Below are positions 1 through 14,560 of a DNA stretch of 64,000 bases, in pieces. The stretch comes from Camelus ferus. Lineage: Eukaryota. The translations under genes were made by a program, and so were the position numbers. Below the pieces are notes generated by a model that saw nothing but the letters and a program-made list of their open reading frames with translations, was not told the DNA's origin and did no database searches. Location: positions 27,158,001 through 27,222,000 of the forward strand of contig NC_045696.1 of assembly GCF_009834535.1 (NCBI RefSeq), given 5' to 3'. Position 1 is the stretch's first letter. The number at the start of each line of letters is the position of its first letter.

Positions 1-859
1 ATCAAAGAAGACTAAAGGTGCATGATCACCAGAGGCACCTTTACTTGAACACTAGATCAAAAAGCTAAAGGAACAGGATTTCCAGCAATGCCAAGAATTT
101 GGCAATTTTTTTCCCACAAAAAGCCTATAAAACTTGATTCATCTATCAAACCAACCATTTCAGAACTCTGACATCAACCAAAACAATTAATTGATAAATA
201 TATACTCATGAATAATTTTTAAACTTTGGGAAAGAACAGTGAGAGTCCGTGGCCCTCTTGCCTGGGGTTGCCACCATCCTCCTCCCCACCCAGATGGCGC
301 TGTACTTCTACCAGGGTGGGGCTGATCAAAAATCAGCAGCTTGGCTGCTGGAAGGGAGCTGACTTTACTTGGACCAAAGGGAGAAAAATCAAGGGGCCTT
401 GTCAATAAGAGGAGAAAACTTGGTAATAAACAAATGGAAGCAGCACATATATCTGCAAGCTAGAGTTTTGAGACTTGGTTAGAGTCAGCAGGAGACCAGT
501 GCTTAGACATAAACTTAACATAAACATCCTGAAAGTGAAAGAGTTAATAGGAGGGATGAAATAGACTATCCAAACATCCCTGGCTGACTAAGTGACTGAA
601 AAGCTCTTGCATATGCAGAAGAGACCTGAAAAGGCCCAAAACAAACTCTCTACACAATACTGAATGACTGGAAATCTGTGCATTTGCATAGGCAGGACAT
701 GAGATGGTCCAGAAAATTGTGCTCCACAACCCGCACACACTTTCCTTGGCAGAAGGTAGGCAGCTAACTGGCTCCAAGTGCTTGAGTACGACCTCTGACT
801 AAACACTGGCTACCTATGAAGATATAAAGATATACAGGCCCACCTCTGAGAATCAAGAA

Positions 860-1520
860 TAAAAATAAAATTAATAACAATGCCAAGTGCTGGCAAAGAT
901 GCTAATCAAAAGAACCCTCACTCACTGCTAGTGGAAATGCAAGGTGGTACAGCTATTCTGGAAGACAATTTGACTGTTTTTTTGCAAAACTAAACATACT
1001 CCTACTACACAATCTAGTAATCACACTCCTTAGTATTTACCCAAAGGAGCTGAAAGCTTACATTTACATAAAAACCTGCACATGAATGTTTATAGCAGCT
1101 TTACTCAAAACTTGCAAACAACCAACATGCCCTTTAGTAGGTGAATATATAATCTGTGGTATATCCAAACACTGGTATATTATTCAGTGCTAAAAGTCAA
1201 ATGAGCCATCAAAGCTTGAAAAGACATGGAGAAATCTTAAATGCAAATTGCTAACTACAGAAGCCAATCTGAAAAGGTTACATCCTGTATGATTCCAACT
1301 TTATGACATTCTGGAAAATCCAGTACTGTGGAGACAGTTAAAGGATCAATGGTGGCCAGAGGTTGAAGGGGAAGAAGAGACTTGAACAGGTAGACCACAG
1401 AGGATTTTTAGAAGAGTGAAATATTCAATATGATATTATGATGGATATATATCATTATACTTTTGTCCAAACCCATAGGATGTACAACATCAAGAGCGAA
1501 CTGTAATATAAACTTCATTA
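860..1520 (+). mobile_element. L1 (L1MC-like) ORF2 end/3'UTR fragment
   Basis: Shares the motif cattatacttttgtccaaacccatag and much flanking sequence with the L1 at 27.8-28.5 kb. Confidence 0.85.
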
Positions 1521-1559
1521 ATTTATTAGTATTTAATAATGATATTATTTAGTAATGTA

Positions 1560-3065
1560 AATGAATGTATTATTTGAAATAATAAATTCAGCAAAATAAA
1601 TGTAAGATCTGTACACTGAAAATTACAAAACATTGCTGAGAGAAATTAAAGAAAATCTGGATAAATGCAGACTTTCTACATTCATGGATTTGAATACTAA
1701 GTTAGAAATTCACATCAAATTAATATATTCAATCAAACCTTTATCAAAATCTCAACAAGTATCTTTAATAAAGTTGATAAGCTGATTCTAAAATTTATAT
1801 GGAAATGCATATATTAGAAGAAATAATTTTGAAAAACCAAATCTGAAGGTTATGCACTACCCACTTTCAAAACTTACTATAAAGCTAACAAATCAATACT
1901 GTGTGATATTTGCATAATGATAGACATATAAACTATAAACCTATAAAACAGAATTGTGACTAGGAATAAACACGTTTATGGTAAACTGATTTCAACAAAG
2001 GACAATTAAATGCAGAAATGACAATTTATTTTAAAGCTAATTCTCCTAGAAGAACTTTAAATTCTCCTAGAAGTTCTTTAAATTTGTTATTTTTCAAAAT
2101 TATTTCAACCTTATGCATGGTATAAGATAAGAGTCTAAGTTTATTTTCCCCTTTACTTCACATCATGTATAAATATTAACTCAAAGTATATAACTGACTT
2201 TTATGTAAGAACTAAAACTATAAACTGCTGGAGGAAAATTTAGGAAAAAAACTTATAACTTGTGCTACATAAAGATTTCTTAGATATGACACCAAAAGCA
2301 TGATATATGAATAAAAAAATAAGAAAATATGGACATCATCAAAATTAAGGAAATAAAGACAAGACACAAGCTGAGAAAAAATTATTTGAAAATCACACCT
2401 CTGAAATGAAATTGTATACAGAATATGTAAAGAATTTTTATAATTCAATACTATGAAAATGTAGAAATTGGTTTTACAATGGGCTAAATATTTAAATGTA
2501 CACTTCACCAAAGGATGTATACAAGTGGCTGACGTCACATGAAAAGATGCCCAATACAATTAGTCATTAGTGAAATGGAAATGAAATCATAAGGTACCAC
2601 TACACACCCACTAGATTTGCTCATTTAAGCATCAGGGACTCATGAAAATGTAGAGAAATTGCATTCCAAATGAGACTGTATATTCATGCAATGGAAGATT
2701 CTCCAGCAATAAAAATGAATGAACTAATGATTCATGTAACCAACATGCATGTAGCTCAAAAGCATTACGTTAGGCGAAAGAAGCCAGACACAAAAGATTA
2801 TATATTTTATGATTCCATTTAAATAAACTTCCAAGAAAAAAAGTAAATGTATAAAGACTGAAATCAGATTAATGGTTGTCTGGGGTTGAGTTTGGGAACA
2901 GGGACTGAACTACAAATGCACATGAAGGAAGTCTTTACAGTGATGGAGATGTTCTAAAACTAGAATTTGGTGATAGTTGCACACTCTAAAATTATCTAAA
3001 AAGGATTCAACTGTCCACTTACAATAGGTTATTGTTATAGGTATGTAAATTACACTTCAGTTTTT
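1560..3065 (+). mobile_element. Old L1 ORF2 and 3' end, degenerate
   Basis: L1 ORF2 hallmarks (gctgattctaaaatttatatggaaatg, aaaacttactataaagcta, ccactacacacccactaga). Confidence 0.85.
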
Positions 3066-3089
3066 AAAACAAAGAAAGAGCTACAAAGG

Positions 3090-3380
3090 ACAGCTTAGGA
3101 TCATTTAAAGAAATTTTGATATGAACTTTACATTGGTTAATATTATTATACCAGTGGTAAATTCCTTGTATTTTTATGGGCAAATGTTCTTATTCTTATT
3201 CACAGTATTTACAGGTGAAATGTGATGATTGCAACTTATTTTCAAATGGTTCAGTCAACATAAAAAAAAGGAATATAAATAGAAAACAAATGTTGCAAGT
3301 GTACGTTAACAGCCGGTGTTTACTGTATTATTCTTGGAACATTTCTGTAGGTCTGACATTTTTCAAAAGAAAGAGTTGGG
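3090..3380 (+). mobile_element. L1 3'UTR fragment (L1MC4/L1ME-like)
   Basis: ggtgaaatgtgatgattgcaacttattttcaaatggttcag resembles the old L1 3'UTR consensus. Confidence 0.55.
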
Positions 3381-3539
3381 AGGTGAAGAAATCCCTTGTA
3401 GGTTTAGTTGCTGCTCTTACATACATGGATTAAAGTGGGGGAGACTGGTGGAAGAAGAGGCTGGGTGCGGAGCAGGAGAGAGAAGTGTTTTCTTCAGACA
3501 AGCTTCAGAGGCTGTGAATCATCCAAGAGCTCAGGAATG

Positions 3540-3960
3540 AAACATAGAGAGAGGATCTTGGAGCCTTGGTTAAAGCCTTGATATTGTGGGGATCACCTAA
3601 CTAGGTAGTACAGACCAAAACAAGGTGGGAGGTGCTAATTGTGCCAAATGGCACTGACAGACAGCATGTGGGAAAGACAGAAGGGTGTCTGTTAGGTTTG
3701 ACCCCATGAAGATTGCTAGTGATGTTAATTAATTCCGTTTCAGTGGAATGAGTATGACAGGAGCTACAGTGGGTTTAAGAGTGATGAATGAGTAGGAGGT
3801 GAGACCATAGGCATACACAACTCTTTAGAAAGTACTTCTCTGAAAAGGAACATAAAGATAAGGCAGTAGCTATAGAAAGATTTGAAGTGAAGGAGATATA
3901 ATTTTCATGTTTTTTGTTGGTAGTTTTTTAATGTGAGATACCTGAACATGGTTTTTAGAA
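3540..3960 (-). mobile_element. L2 fragment
   Basis: L2 antisense motifs (gtttcagtggaatg, gaggtgagac, caactctttagaa, ataaggcagtagcta). Confidence 0.6.
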
Positions 3961-4388
3961 GATTATGAGAAGGAGGAAGAGAGAGTAAGAAGGAGAGAAC
4001 GACAAGAGATAGAGAGGGAGTGAGACTGGTGATGAGAGGGAACACACTGAGACAGAGATGACAGAAAGAGAATTTTCTCATTGCTCCTGGTTGCTTTTAG
4101 TTAGGTGTCTTTTTTTTTTTCCTACAAAGTACTCTAAATAATGGCTGAAGAATGCTGTCTATTAAGAAATACTATTTCTTTGAACCCCACCCTAAGTTCA
4201 GTGAAAGTCTTTGAATACCTCCCAAGATCTCTTGGAGGATGGAGATACTGTGAGAAAAGTTACCTTATATATTTTTCCTAGATATGTCTTTTCTGCATTT
4301 AGGCTTAACTGGTTCGGTATATGGGTCATTTCCCCTTCCTAAGCCCACTGTATTGCCTAAACCAAGAAACTCAGTGTTCATTTTTGTG

Positions 4389-4392
<4 letters not shown>

Positions 4393-4425
<33 letters not shown>
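4393..4425. repeat. (CA)n microsatellite
   Basis: Directly visible. Confidence 0.98.
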
Positions 4426-4427
<2 letters not shown>

Positions 4428-6524
4428 TTAACATATATACAGAAATACATTTGGGTTTATAACAAAATTTACTGAAAATTTGATAGTGGTAGACTGTTCA
4501 AACAACCTAAAATTGAACATAATTCTTTTTAATGTTTCTTTACCTTTCACCCTTTTCTGCTTTTCATCATTATCTATGAGAGTAGTACCCCTAATTTTTT
4601 TATTTTATCCTTTATATCATCTTTTTCCAGCCAATGCTCACAGGTACTTATTTTCCAACTCTAATAGATTTTCAGAGGATTATAAAGAGAGAGAAAAGTT
4701 GTTTTACTGAACAAAAACACTTTTTCCATAATCAGCTTATGATATTTTCTGCAAAGATTTTTTTTAATAGACCTCCACAAAATTTGGTATTCCCTTTTCT
4801 AGCCATAGCTGATATGTCTTCTCACTCTCATGCAATGCAGTTAATGCCAAATATATCTGGTCTTGGTAAACCACTAGTTTTCCCTATAAGAAGACTTCAG
4901 ACTGAAGATTGTAAAATGCAGGTGTGTGTTAACCGCTATTACAATAAACTGGAACACCTGTTAAGAAGTCTGTATTCCAGCTTTCTCTTTAATTCCAGAT
5001 GCAATTCAATGTCTTCACGTGTCCATTAAATAATGCCAGAAAACATTACATGAAAGAAAAGCCAACATTCTCATCTGTTTCTAAATAGGGCTTTCAAAAA
5101 CCGTGCCTTCTTTCAGTTTTGCATTTATGGTAGGACTTCCAGAACACCGAGCAAGTGGTTTTTGGGGATTTGTTAGAGAAAGCACATGGTGGTTTAATGT
5201 TTTGGGGAATTATTTTGTTTGTGTTTTCCTGTTTCCTTCTTATTGGCATAACTCCCAAATTCCATTCTTGAAAGTCTAATTTATGCAATTAATGTATGTA
5301 TTGTTTAGTACAAGTATGGTAAGTATAAAATTATTTTTAGCTGTTTTGGTTTTCATAAATTCTTTTTGTTTTTTTTTTCTTCATTTCTCATGAAACAAGT
5401 GAGTTTTTCAGGAAAGAAAAGAATTTCAATATAAGTAATTTATTTATCACTTTTATTTGATTCACATTTTGCTTGAGAGTGGAATAATTTATATATTTAT
5501 AAAGCCACTTTGGTAGGATACATTAAAAGAAAAATCATTTACATATTTTTATGAAGTATGTTAACTTTGAAATTTTCCCTAAAGAAAATTGAACATAAAG
5601 TTAATGAAAGAAATATTCTTCACTGAAGATACTCTCTTGAGTAGAATATAAAAATATGCAACACTCTTATCTATGTCAGTACAATTAAGCTTCTGTGAAG
5701 GTTTAACATAACATTCACATAAAAATGGCAAGATGATTGTTACTAAAATTGATAGCATATTTGGGATAGTTGCCTTAATATATCAGTTCTGTGGTATAGG
5801 AGGAACTTATATTAAGAGTCTCTAGATGACTCTGCAAGGTTTTTTCCTTATACAGAATAAGGCAGCACATCATTTAAAAGATATCAACAAGCTAAAGTTT
5901 GAAATGTACATTTATTTCAAATCTTGCTCTAATTTTATACTCATGGTGTCAATTATGTATTAATTATTTCAGAGCAATCTATTATTTTTTACTACATCTT
6001 TTATAGCTTGATGGTAAATATGCAGAGCTGAAAATTTTAAAATAATCATTTCAAGAGTCCAAAGATAGTCCAAAAGAGAAAACAGATTGAAAGCAGTAAG
6101 AGTTGAAAACCTCAGTTAAGGGCAAATGAATTGATGTTCAACATAAGGACAATTTGGCAGCCAAGAGGGAAAAGCATACCTTCTCAAAGATAACCAAGAC
6201 TGACTATAAAGTGCCAAAAATGATTGAGCACCAGGAGAAATCATCTGTCATCTTTCAGAGGCACTGAAAAAAACAGTTCAAGATGTCCAATAGGGCAAGA
6301 CATAGCACTTAAAGGAAATTGAAATCCAAGTACACATGAAGGCCACTAGGCTGCTGATCATGCAGAACATGTCATGGTGTTAAGGTGCCACGGACAGAGG
6401 GACAGAGAAAAACAGTAGAGTTTTAACCATAAGTCCAGATTCAATTTTTTATAGAATTTACTATCAGCTTAGTATCTGAAGTTTACAATTTTTATTTTGT
6501 CTTGAAGTAGAAATATATGCCTAA

Positions 6525-6860
6525 ATCGAAGTCAAGAAACTCCTTCTATAAAGAGCCATACAGGAAATACTTCAGGGTTTTCCAGATACACAATCTCTGT
6601 TGAATTTTCTCAACTGGTGCTATAGCATGAAAGTAGCCACAGACAATATATAGAAGAATCGCCATGGCTGTATTGTAATAAAATTTTGTTTACTGACACT
6701 AAATTTTGAATTGTATTTATTTTTCACATTTCATAAAATATTATTTTGTGTATTTTTTTCAATAATTTAAAAATGTAAAAAACATTCTTAGTTCATAGCC
6801 ATACAAAAACCAGTGGCAGGCTGGATTTAACTTGTGGACTAGAGTTTTCTCACCACTGGA
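6525..6860. mobile_element. hAT-Charlie MER58-type DNA transposon
   Basis: MER58 motifs (atagcatgaaagtagccacagacaata, ccatggctgtattgtaataaaa, ggcaggctggattt). Confidence 0.75.
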
Positions 6861-6894
6861 ATAAAGATATATATTGATACTAAAGAAAGGTTAT

Positions 6895-7386
6895 GTGGAT
6901 TCAGCTATGCAGTGCAGTGCTCAGTAACAAACCACCTCAGAACTTGAATGGTTAAAACAATCACCATTTATTGCCCTTGGTTTCAAGGTCAGTCATTTGG
7001 ACTAGGCTCAAGTAAATTGTTCTGATCTGGGCCAAACTAGGATGTTCTTAGTTGGGCTCACTTTATGTTCGAGACTTCAACTGGGAATGGTGGGTTATGA
7101 TAGACTTGTCTAAGACAGCTGTGACTATTAAGAGTTTCTGGCAAAATGGCCCTTCATTTTCCAGTAGGCTCCCTATTCATTGGGCAGTATAGGGTTCCAG
7201 CACCATGAAAGCAAAAACTGCAGGGTCCTCTTGAGGCTTAGGCTTAAAAGATGCATAGTGATACTTCTGCTTTGTTCTGTGGGTCAAAAGTAAGTCCCAA
7301 AGCCAGTCCCAATTCAAGGAGTGAGGAAAGAAACTATCTCAAAAGGAGGAACTGCAACTAACTGTGGCCACTTTTACAACCTACTA
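6895..7386 (-). mobile_element. MaLR LTR (MLT1-type)
   Basis: gtaacaaaccacctcagaactt...aaagtaagtcccaaagccagtcccaattcaagga...acaacctactac, typical of antisense MLT1. Confidence 0.7.
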
Positions 7387-9309
7387 CGCTGAGCTCCCAA
7401 AGGCCTTAGATAAATATTATTAGAGCAACATGTGAAATTGAGGCAATTACAATAATTCATGGGTCAACCATGATAGACTGCAATGGGATGAAATAAAGAG
7501 GATTCATACTTGTCCCCCCAAAACCAGTTCCATGGAGTACTTGGAATTATCCATTTGCTTTTAAATGTCTTTCATTCTCAGCTTCAGTTTTGCCATGACT
7601 TTTTCTGCATCATAAGCTCAGTTCTTCAAATTACAGGTGTTCATTTGTAAGTGATCTGTTTTCCCTATGGGTAACACTGCATTAACTACTTCAGAGTAAG
7701 TACTAGAAGATATTTTTCACTACCCCACATAGTAGAATGATAAAATTTTATATAAAAGAAACTTATTAAAAGGATGCAAATTATAATTGCTCTGTGTTAA
7801 TTACAGGAATTATAGAAAATCATTAGAACATTAATTTCATTTATTTTTAGCATTTTTAATAAATGTTATTTAATATTAGTTAAGGTTTACCCCAACCAAT
7901 GACAAGTATTTACAGCTGCCTTTAAAAAAAATTAATATAAATCCTCCATATTCAAAGAAGAATTTTTCTTTAAGAACATGTCATTTAGACACAGGAATTC
8001 TGATGTTCAGAGATATTAATATAAAGATGCAGATTTTTCTTCTTTGCACTTGGAATTTGACTTTGGATGCCCCAATGTGTGGAACCAAACCCATCTAGGA
8101 AACTAATCTTCTCTTACTAAGGAAACAATTCAAACCCATTCTCCCATGGACAATCACCTGTTACTGGATTAGGCATGCAGCATAGCCTTTAAATGTCTTT
8201 GCTAAAAATTTTCTCTCTAAAGCCATTAGAGTTGTGTAGTTTATTATAAATAACAAACAAATTCTTAAAAATCCACAAGTTTCCTGGGAGGAGTCATTAT
8301 TCAGAATGCTCAACTGTCGCAGACCCTCTTCTGTTTGCTCTGTCCCGGCCCTGGCATTTCTGGTCTGTGCCTCTGACTCTGAGTTCTGCCCTTTCCTCCA
8401 GAAGTCATGGTGCTGCTGCCCTTTTGAACCTGTCCTTTTTCTTATCATTTGCTAGTCTCCTTTTAGTTTTTTGCATTACAGAATGCAAAAAATGCAAACT
8501 TATAGAAATGTACAGACATAATGCACAGACATAACAGGCTTACATGTATCCACAACCTTGTTAAAAGATGTGAACTTTTCCTAATTCTTTCTTCAGGTTA
8601 CTGAAAAAGAATAATTAAAATGAACATATTCAACTAAAGCCACTCATACTTTCTCTGCCTCCCTTCTCCACTATTCTGAAGTTGATTTGCATCATTCCCA
8701 TGTGTGGTTATTATATTTTTACATGTTAAAATATATAGACCCACTATTTTATGCTTAATACATTCATTTTTTAAATAAAAGAAATTGTTAGGGAAATAAG
8801 GTACATATGATACATTTCAAGACAGCAAAAATTGTGAAAGTGTTATCTGAATGAGTGAAGCATGGGAAAGATTTCTTCTAAAGATAGCTATCTTGAGGAG
8901 ATTATAGAAAAGTAAGCCACAGCCAGCTATTATCATTTTAACAGTGATCACAGCATCAGCCTTGTCCCTGTCGCACAAGCATACCAGTCACTCGTAACAG
9001 ATCATGGAACTCTTTCTTGCTGGTACAAAACATGATTCTCCTCCAACACCATGCTCCACTAGACCACTACTAAAGTGCAACACTTGATGTAGGAGCCAAA
9101 ATCTATTTTTCACCTTAACATGAACTTGTCTTTCAGCACCATGGCTGAGATTTAATGTAGAGATGTGAGAATTGGGAGCACAGCAGGAAAGTGGATGGCA
9201 GAGTAGAATCTGCAGGTATCAGCCACAGACAGTCAGAAAGCACAATGAGGGTGCTGGGTGTTCAAGGCAAAAGACTAGAACTAAAGAGGAAAATAGGCAA
9301 ACCAGATAT

Positions 9310-9870
9310 AAATCTGACAATGTAGCTTTCCTGCTTCCAACCACCTGATGACTTGCTGAATTCCACAGGATGAGGTCCAAATTCTTTTACTGACATCCCA
9401 GGCTTCCCTGATCTGGCTCTGGGTTACCTACCCATCCATTTACCTTTAGCAGCCACCAACATGCCTTTTCTCTCACATGTAATCTGCCCTTCTCATCACT
9501 GGACTACTGACTGTTCCACAACATTCTGTGTATGCTTATGTCTCTGAGAGTTAACTCAGCTTCTCTTTACAAAGAATCCTGGCTAGGTATTCTGCTCCTG
9601 CTTTGCCCTTGCCCCACCCCAACCCATTATAATCTCTGCCCACACAGATCTATTTCTTTAAGGCTTAGTTTGGACATTAACCCACAGGAAACACTCACAA
9701 CATCTGTTCCTTCTGATTATTCACAGCACTTTGTCATTCCTCTGCTTTGACAACTCTGATGGTATGTGGTGGTTATTCATATTTGTTGGTTCCTAGTTCA
9801 GGGAACACAACCAGCTCTGAAGCTCTGGAACCTAGCACTGCTCATAGCACTAAATATGTTTTGAATCAAT
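9310..9870 (+). mobile_element. L2 3' fragment
   Basis: caggatgaggtccaaattc, ctgatctggctc, cctagcactg...cactaaatatgttttgaat. Confidence 0.6.
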
Positions 9871-12486
9871 AATCACCACAGTTTTTTCCAGAGAAGACCC
9901 TATTTCAATAGCATCAAATGCTTTATAAATGACAAGAAAATATTTCAATTTTTAGTATTGTAAGTACTCCCCTCCCCACCAAAGAGGCTGTGCTTTGGTA
10001 CCAAAGCTACAGAACAAAAACTAGGCTTTTTCCACTTGGACTCCATTGTAAGAAACCATAAATAGGTGTGTAACCTTTATAAATAATGAAATCATACACA
10101 ACAAAGATATCTGAAATACATCAGTGAAGAGAATAAACATTTCTCCAGCTTATGATAGATGAACCATTATCTCAAAAGATTGATTTCAGAAATAAATGAA
10201 GTGGCCATTGAATTAGGTTGATTCATACATCTGGAAGATCACAATATGTTTCCTGGTGCAGAAATACATCAAGTAACAATTCAAGAGACTACCTTTTTAA
10301 TGTGGTTTGGGTTTGGCTAAGTTTATAATGACTAAGAATAGTTGTTTAGAATTAAAACCTATTCTGTTCTCTAAACTCTTCTTTTTTCTCAATCTGAATC
10401 TATAGCGTCAATCATGTCTTGTATACATAATAGGTACCTGGTGAATATTTGCTGGAGTAGTGGATGTGTAAATAATTATTTCATCAACATAGGTGTGTTC
10501 TCTGAAACAAAACAAAACAAAACAAAAATAGAGTATAGTATCTTTAGAACTTATTTCTCTATCCTGAACTTCTAATTTGCAGCTATAGACATCACATAAA
10601 ATTTCTAGCACTATCCATGTTCACAGACATACAGTCACTGGCTCCTGTAAAGTATACTGTGTCTAATCACAAACAACTTTCAATTTACTTTTATTTGTCT
10701 TCATTTTTTTCTCAGGAATTACTCTTGATGATGTACATTTTAGGACATATATCATGATCCATTACCTACTAACTTTATACTTTTAATATTCATTTCTTTT
10801 GACAAAAATACATTTTATTATCCTAAGGTATTTATAGTCTACAGTATTCAAAATACGTGACTCTGAATATAGAATTAAGACTCATTTCAGAGAAAGGCAA
10901 AGAGATCTGATAGATATGGAAATAAGTTTAAAAATTATACATATACAGTAACAAGTAATTATGCCAAAATGTTAACAGTTGCCATTGTGTTGTGAAATTA
11001 AAGTCAATTTTCTTCATCCTGTTTATTTTTTCTTCTTTCCAAATTTTCTAGAATGAGCATGCATTAATTTTATAATCATAAAAGATTAACATTTAAAATT
11101 AATTAATTTGAATTTACTTAGGGCAAGTCTATCCTGAAATTAATTCAACATGATGATGGAGTAAAGTGAGAACACTTTTATTACTCTCTGTGGTAGAGCC
11201 TTCCCACTCTGAATGTGCACCGAAGTCATTCACTGCTTCATATGGGGATCAGATAATCTCATATCACCTATATCATCATTGGAGACATGACACTGTTATG
11301 GCGTAAACCTTTGTAAAGTAGACCAGATTTTTGTTTTAGATTTTACCAATCTAGGATTACCCTCATTAAAGACCTATTGTAATGATCATCTGGTCTTATA
11401 ATTAACAGCTCCCCTTCCTAAAATTAGGCAGATTGGCCACAGTCCGTACGACAATCTGCACTGGCTAGCCATTGCTCCCATGTGCATTTCTGAAAGTGGT
11501 ATTTTAATTTATGTAACCATATGCTACTAGAACTCTGTTTTACTCTACCAGAGGTTCCTGCTACAATTCTCTGGGAAAATTTGCAAAAGGAGTTTATGTC
11601 AAGAGATTTCTGGTATCAAAAGACAAATGAAGCTGGTTTTATTCCTTCCTTTCCTAATTATAGTTATCTCTTTTGGGGAATTTTATGGCTGTAAAATTTA
11701 GTGCAAGAGTATGGGAAGAACCTAATATCAAAGTTATTCATCAAAAGCGGTATTTTTTTAAACTCAATTCTTGCATCTAAGGCTGAATAGCAGTGTTTGG
11801 AAACGACTAGAAAGACCATCATACCATTAAAAAAAACAGAAAATATGTTGCCTTTTATAATTTTCCCAATGATTTTGAAATTCATTACGCACGTGGCTAA
11901 ATAATACAACCACTGAACAACTATCACTTATCTTCCGTGCCAGCCCCTGTTTGTTACAGAATTAAAAAATACTGCCAAGTGTGAAAATGTAACAAGGGAC
12001 ACAAGATAAAAATAGAAAATCTAAAATACACTTCTGAGACTTGATTTTAGCATTTACTAAGACCTAGAAAATCTTCTATGCAGTAAAATTACTTAAAGAG
12101 AAGCCTATCTGATTAGCCTCCTTTGGGAGTTTATTAACTTTAAAAATATTGATTTTCTACTGTTCTGCTTTTTTTAGCCTAGAATAACTTCATAAAGAGC
12201 TAAAATTACAAAATTATAAGGAACCTAGAAGTTCAGAGCTGATAGTTGTTGCTTATCACTGTGCATTTTGGACTGTTAACCCAGATTTGATTGTGTGGAA
12301 CATTTAAGTAGCTGTGGCATGCCCTCTTTCTTCCTTCTCTGATGATGGGATGGGCCTTAACAGAGTCCTTTTCCATGACAGACCAGAGAGCAATGCTCTT
12401 GCTTGTTTCCATTTTAATCAATGAAATACATCATGGAAGGTCAAAACTAGATAGCATTATCGTGAATTTCCAGTACAACCAAGATT

Positions 12487-13230
12487 AACAGTTGGCAATC
12501 TGTAGCCTGTGGGTCAAATCCAGTTACTAACTTTTTTGGGATGGACTGAAAACTAAGAATGGCTTTTACATTTTTAAATGGTAGCATATAATCAAAAGAA
12601 TAACATATAATCAAAAGAATAACATTTTAATAAAATTATGTAATATTCAGATTTGTGTCCATAAATGATGTTTTATTGGAACAGTCATGCATATTTGCCT
12701 ATAATTAGCTATGACTGATTTTTTAATATAATGGGAGAGTTGAGTACTTAGAAAATCTTTTGCCCTCAAGTCTAAAATAGGTATTATCTGGCCTGTTGTG
12801 GATTGAATTGTGCTCCCCCCACCCTACCATCAACTCATATGTTGAAGCTCTAACCCTCAATGTGATAATATTTGGAGACAGGTACTTTAAGGTTTTAATT
12901 AAGGCTAAATGAGGTCATAAGTGAGGTCCAAATGCAACAAGTACTAGTGTCCTCGTAAGAAAACAGAGATATCAAGAGTGCACATACACAGAGGAAAGAG
13001 TGCACATACACCGTATGAAGACACAGCAAGAAGGTGGCCATCTGCAAACAAAGAAAAGAGGCCTCAGGAGAAACCAAGTGTATACGTAACTTGATGCTGG
13101 ACTTCCAGCCTCCAGAACTGTGAAAAAATACATTTCTGTTGTTTAAACTTCCTAGTGTGTGGTACTTTATTATGACAGCACTAGTAGACTAATACATGGT
13201 TCTTCACAAAATATTTGCCAAAGCCTGATC
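12487..13230. mobile_element. MER58-type DNA transposon interrupted by an MLT1 LTR
   Basis: ttggcaatctgtagcctgtgggtcaaatccag...tattatctggcc, then LTR, then tggttcttcacaaaatatttgcc continues the MER58 pattern. Confidence 0.7.
12794..13196 (+). mobile_element. MaLR solo LTR (MLT1A/B-like)
   Basis: TG...CA termini (tgttgtggattgaattgtg...ctaataca), ggacttccagcctccagaactgtga motif, imperfect 5-bp TSD tggcc/tggtt. Confidence 0.9.
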
Positions 13231-13517
13231 AAGATGGAAGTCACAACTTTTAAAATTATAAGCCCAACATAAAGATCCAAGGAACTCACAGTATTTATTT
13301 GGTACTGTACAACACAAAGCAGGAACCCTAAAAGAAAGGACTTAAGCAGAGAAAAGGGGACAAATCCAAGGAAAGTGTCTTTCTTTTGGCACTCTGTTAT
13401 GGAAATGACAAATTTGAGTTCGAGGGGTTTCTGTGACAAAGAAGTTACATGGCACCTTACATGGCACCTGAAGTCTGGTTTAATCTTTTCTCTGTGTCTC
13501 TATTATTTATGCCCTGC

Positions 13518-13544
13518 AGAGAGAGAGAGAGAGAGAGAGTGAGT

Positions 13545-13585
<41 letters not shown>
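13518..13585. repeat. Compound (GA)n(GT)n microsatellite
   Basis: Directly visible. Confidence 0.97.
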
Positions 13586-13586
<1 letters not shown>

Positions 13587-14224
13587 TAACTCAAGATTTG
13601 TTTGTTAGTTTGTTTAGGTGAAATGACAAGCAGTCTTCTGGGTGGGAGATCTCTATTATTCTCTCACTTATTTTGCTGCTGCTCAAGTTAAAAAAAACTT
13701 CATATTTGTGTTTGAATTATTTCTGGTTCTGAATTTTTAAAGTTATGTTTGATATTTTTAAAAAAATTAAAATTGAATCTCAGATGATTGCATTTTATTG
13801 TATACCACATATAATTTTTACTCTTTCTCCTTTCTCAGGAAACATGCATCTGTGCCAGAAGGATATAGAAATGTAGCTCAGAGCTGGCTGATAGTAAATC
13901 AAATCAAACCTAAGCAGCTCACTTTTCAGATAGAGTGTTCTCAAAAAGTAGAGACCTCAGGATATTTCAGTATGACAGGAAATCAGAACAATGCCTACGG
14001 CAGAGTTTGGTTAGAGAAAATAAAACTTTAACTGATTTCCACTATATTATACATTGGTGACCAGGTTTTTTTCAAAAAGAAAAGAAGGAATAATCTACTA
14101 CCTTCCTGTCCATAGATTTGTAGACTATTAGGAATTGGAAATAATCTTGATAATTATCTGGTCTAGTTCACCCTGATAATTTATAGATAATAACAGATAT
14201 ATTGATCTATGCCTTTATCAGTCA

Positions 14225-14560
14225 GCATAGCCTGGGTTACTCTGCAATAAAAACCAAACCTCCGATCTCAGCATTAACAAAACTTAATGTTATTTCTCCC
14301 TCATTCTACATATTCAAGTGGATGGGTGGAGGGATGTTCTGGCCATCATATTCCCCTAGGGGCTGGGGCTAGAAGAGACTCTGTTTCAACACAAGTTTCT
14401 GTGAGCATCATGGCAGAGAAAAGAGAGTGCCGTGTTCCACTTTTGCTCTCACATCGGAAGCCAGAGCAAGCCACACATTACTTGTCAACTACGAAGGAAG
14501 CAGAGGCATACTATCCTATCCTGTGCCTGGAAAGACAGCTAGAACACTTGGGACTAGCCT
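14225..14560 (-). mobile_element. MaLR LTR fragment (MLT1-type)
   Basis: gggttactctgcaataaaaaccaaacc...gtttctgtgagcatcatggcagag motifs. Confidence 0.55.
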
